From Trichoplax sp. H2 (Eukaryota): a stretch of 64,000 nt of DNA. The stretch is taken from the NCBI GenBank assembly GCA_003344405.1, contig NOWV01000001.1, positions 310,001 to 374,000 of the forward strand, written 5' to 3'. The translations under genes and the position numbers were made by a program. Each line of letters begins with the position of its first letter. The first letter of the stretch is position 1. The notes beneath the pieces are model-generated. The model had not been told where the DNA came from. It saw nothing but the letters and a program-made list of their open reading frames with translations, and ran no database searches. Positions 61,390 to 64,000 of the stretch are shown here, piece after piece.

Positions 61390-62354
61390 ATACCTTAAAT
61401 CAATACTGTTGAGGAGGCAAGTTTTCCTATAAAGCACGACGACATGGAATGTGCTAACGTCAGGATGTCGAAAGGTTTACACATATACTTTGCTGAGATA
61501 GCATCGCATAGTTAGGTAAGATACCTTAAATCAACACTGTCGAGGCAAGTTTTCCTAATGCAAGTGAGAATGTACTTACATCTACTGCATTATCATGCTA
61601 AAGCACGACGACATGGAATGTGCTAACGTCAGGATATCGAAAGGTTTACACATATACTTTACTGAGATAGCATCGTATAGTTAGGTAGGTGTTACGATGC
61701 GTAAGCTCGTCCTAATTATGAAGATTCCTTTTTAGTTCGTTAGTCGGTTAGATAGTCAACTAGTTTTTCAATTGATATTTAATTGTAAAGACTATAATCT
61801 TGGGTGCCAAGATTCCTTCAGTAATAAATGATAGTAAATCTCTGACTATCTCGTCTACATCATCTGTGACGCTATAATTATACCATAGTATTCGGTTGTT
61901 GGAACTGAATTATTTGGTGATATAGCTAATCTCGCCTCTTTAAGTTAGTAAGTGGCATTCTACGCAAGGATTGGCGTGTGTAGACTACTTTGTCACTAGT
62001 GGTGTGTGACAGTAGGATACCTTAAATCAACACTGTCGAGGCAAGTTTTCCTAATGCACGTGAGAATGTACTTACATCTACTGCATTATCATGCTAAAGC
62101 ACGACGACATGGAATGTGCTAACGTCAGGATGTCGAAAGGTTTACACATGTACTTTGCTGAGATAGCATCGTATAGTTAGGTAGGATACCTTAAATCAAC
62201 ACTGTCGAGGCAAGTTTTCCTAATGCAAGTGAGAATGTACTTACATCTACTGCATTATCATGCTAAAGCACGACGACATGGAATGTGCTAACGTCAGGAT
62301 ATCGAAAGGTCTACACATATACTTTACTGAGATGGCATTGTATAGTTAGGTAGG
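61390..62354. repeat. Tandem array of 169-bp units, four copies (A-B-[insert]-A-B)
   Basis: ataccttaaatcaacactgtcgaggcaagttttccta...tagttaggtagg at 61390 (internally deleted), 61521, 62017 and 62186. Confidence 0.95.
61690..62011. mobile_element. Solo-LTR-like insertion, 322 bp, with a 5-bp target-site duplication
   Basis: Termini TGTTAC...GTGACA. Flanking GTAGG at 61685-61689 and 62012-62016. Internal AATAAA at 61823. The uninterrupted junction at 62181-62186 has GTAGG only once. Confidence 0.75.
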
Positions 62355-63123
62355 AGGATACCTGTCTCATACGATGACACCTCTCTGTATACAGTTGCTC
62401 GTACTTCTATGCGTACACATATACCAAATTTGAAAAGATTTATCGTCATAAGCGACTATCTAAACTAGAAATTTCATCAATTCACTAAAATAGGACATTA
62501 CAAAGCCTTGCATGCTACATGTGCTGTCCTCCAATAAAACGAGTTCACTTTGGTCGAATCATCAAAATGCAATGATAAAACTTTTTATTAAATGTTTGCG
62601 AGATGGTAGTTCAATATTACCACATTTGCGCTTTGGAGCCTACGGCATACAAGTATCTCGTATGTCATGATAAAAGCTCGTACATGCTTGTACAAACACA
62701 TAAAATTGCTAATTCAAGCTAGCTTGGTATGCAAGTTGTTTTGTGGTAAACTGGTCATACATACATACATAACTTAAACTTGACCAAGAAACGGTGTAAT
62801 TTTAACTACTGTACTAATTATTACTATAATGCATTGCACATGACATACCTATAATATATCTATCATCGACGATAAAATAGTGACTTGTTTTCCATTACAA
62901 CTGCCAATTACAATAGCAAGAAATAATTAGCTCATCACGATGAGCTAATTGCTACTTGAAATCAGCACCAATAGATATTGTAGTGCTCGCTTTTGTTTCA
63001 TTCTCCGTACCCACAATGCATGGATGTTCGCGCAAATGACTTTCAATTTCATTTCTCGGATAATTTAATGGGATGAAGCGCTTAATAAAATGTCTCTAAT
63101 GAAGCTAATTGGATCATAGAAAG

Positions 63124-64000
63124 TTACTTAACGGTTATTGTCAATTGCGGAAAAGATAACATAATATTTATCTTAGGTGCCATGACGCAAAGAAGAAACG
63201 ACATTGCACAAGCAACTAAGCTAAAAGAAGATATGCCTGCTTGCCATGGGCCAAATGTAATAAAATAGGTCAATACCATAAATGTAAATATACACATATT
63301 AATACAACATGCAACGCACAAGTATTTAGCATCTGCAAAATTATCTGGACAATGGCGCCCTTTTATAGCTAAACCTAAATAAATAACGTTTAATATTCCA
63401 ATATAACTTAAGCTAACAATAGGGCCAACAAGACTTTGAAAATGGCACATTTCATAAATTTTATAATTGAAATCTATCCTCATATATGTCGCAATAGGAG
63501 ATAAAATTAACCATAACAGGACGATAACTATTTGAATGCAGAGTAAAAGAATAACTAGCAATGGTTGTCCTTTAGTTTTAAAGTGCTCACTATAGCGACA
63601 AGATGCCATGACTTCTGAAAATAAAGCTACAACAGCACTTGTCATTGATAAACCAATCGCTGTTAACAAAGTTGCTGAGGTTGTATACGTGACAATGGTT
63701 ACCATACAAAATTGACGGTTACGTGGTAGTAAGAATACATAGGATGATGCCAGCATATATAATAATACAATATAGCTCATATGAATTAAAATGGAGTTTG
63801 ATGAAAATATCACTTGATGATGCCTATGTAAGATAGTAATGATCCAAAATGATATTACTATAGAGCCACATATAGCTAATATAACCATCAACGTTATTGA
63901 TAGCAAGCCTCCTATATCGATCGTTACTGGAACTGCCTTCACACATGAAGTATGATTACTATTCGGAAGATAACCATATGGGCACACATGACATTGCTCT
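63124..64000 (-). CDS. Class C GPCR (mGluR/CaSR-like): end of the Cys-rich domain plus 7TM; 5' part lies beyond the window
   Basis: EQCHVCPYGYLPNSNHTSC followed by seven hydrophobic helices. Class C hallmarks: GRHCPDNFADAKYL (K.R..P.NFNEAK-like) and APKINIML (PK.Y-like). Very short C-terminal tail. Confidence 0.9.
   Translation of the reverse strand, partial: EQCHVCPYGYLPNSNHTSCVKAVPVTIDIGGLLSITLMVILAICGSIVISFWIITILHRHHQVIFSSNSILIHMSYIVLLYMLASSYVFLLPRNRQFCMVTIVTYTTSATLLTAIGLSMTSAVVALFSEVMASCRYSEHFKTKGQPLLVILLLCIQIVIVLLWLILSPIATYMRIDFNYKIYEMCHFQSLVGPIVSLSYIGILNVIYLGLAIKGRHCPDNFADAKYLCVACCINMCIFTFMVLTYFITFGPWQAGISSFSLVACAMSFLLCVMAPKINIMLSFPQLTITVK

Overview
AT-rich, intron-dense eukaryotic DNA from an early-branching animal. 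The compact introns, OvoA and the single-exon class C GPCR region suggest a placozoan such as Trichoplax (inference). Exons were traced by hand from GT-AG sites and reading phase. Genes in order: POLR1A (-, 5' part), COA7 (+), two intronless Tctex-1-domain dynein light chains (+), TRIR/C19orf43 (-), a 560-aa chromatin reader (-), a theta-class GST (+), MTG1 (+), kinesin-13 KIF2 (-), ovothiol synthase OvoA (-) and the 3' end of a class C GPCR (-). Four things stand out. (1) The chromatin reader joins a SAMD1/KAT6-type winged helix, two H15-like winged helices and a KAT6/DPF-type double PHD finger to a SAMD1/13-type SAM domain, with no MYST acetyltransferase domain. (2) Dense, self-complementary GTACAGTA/TACTGTAC arrays sit at the 5' ends of several genes. 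(3) A 322-bp solo-LTR-like element (TGT...ACA, 5-bp target-site duplication) interrupts a 169-bp tandem array. (4) A 46-bp-stem hairpin lies between two of the motif arrays. Several local tandem arrays also occur, including one that copies the COA7 exon 1/donor junction.
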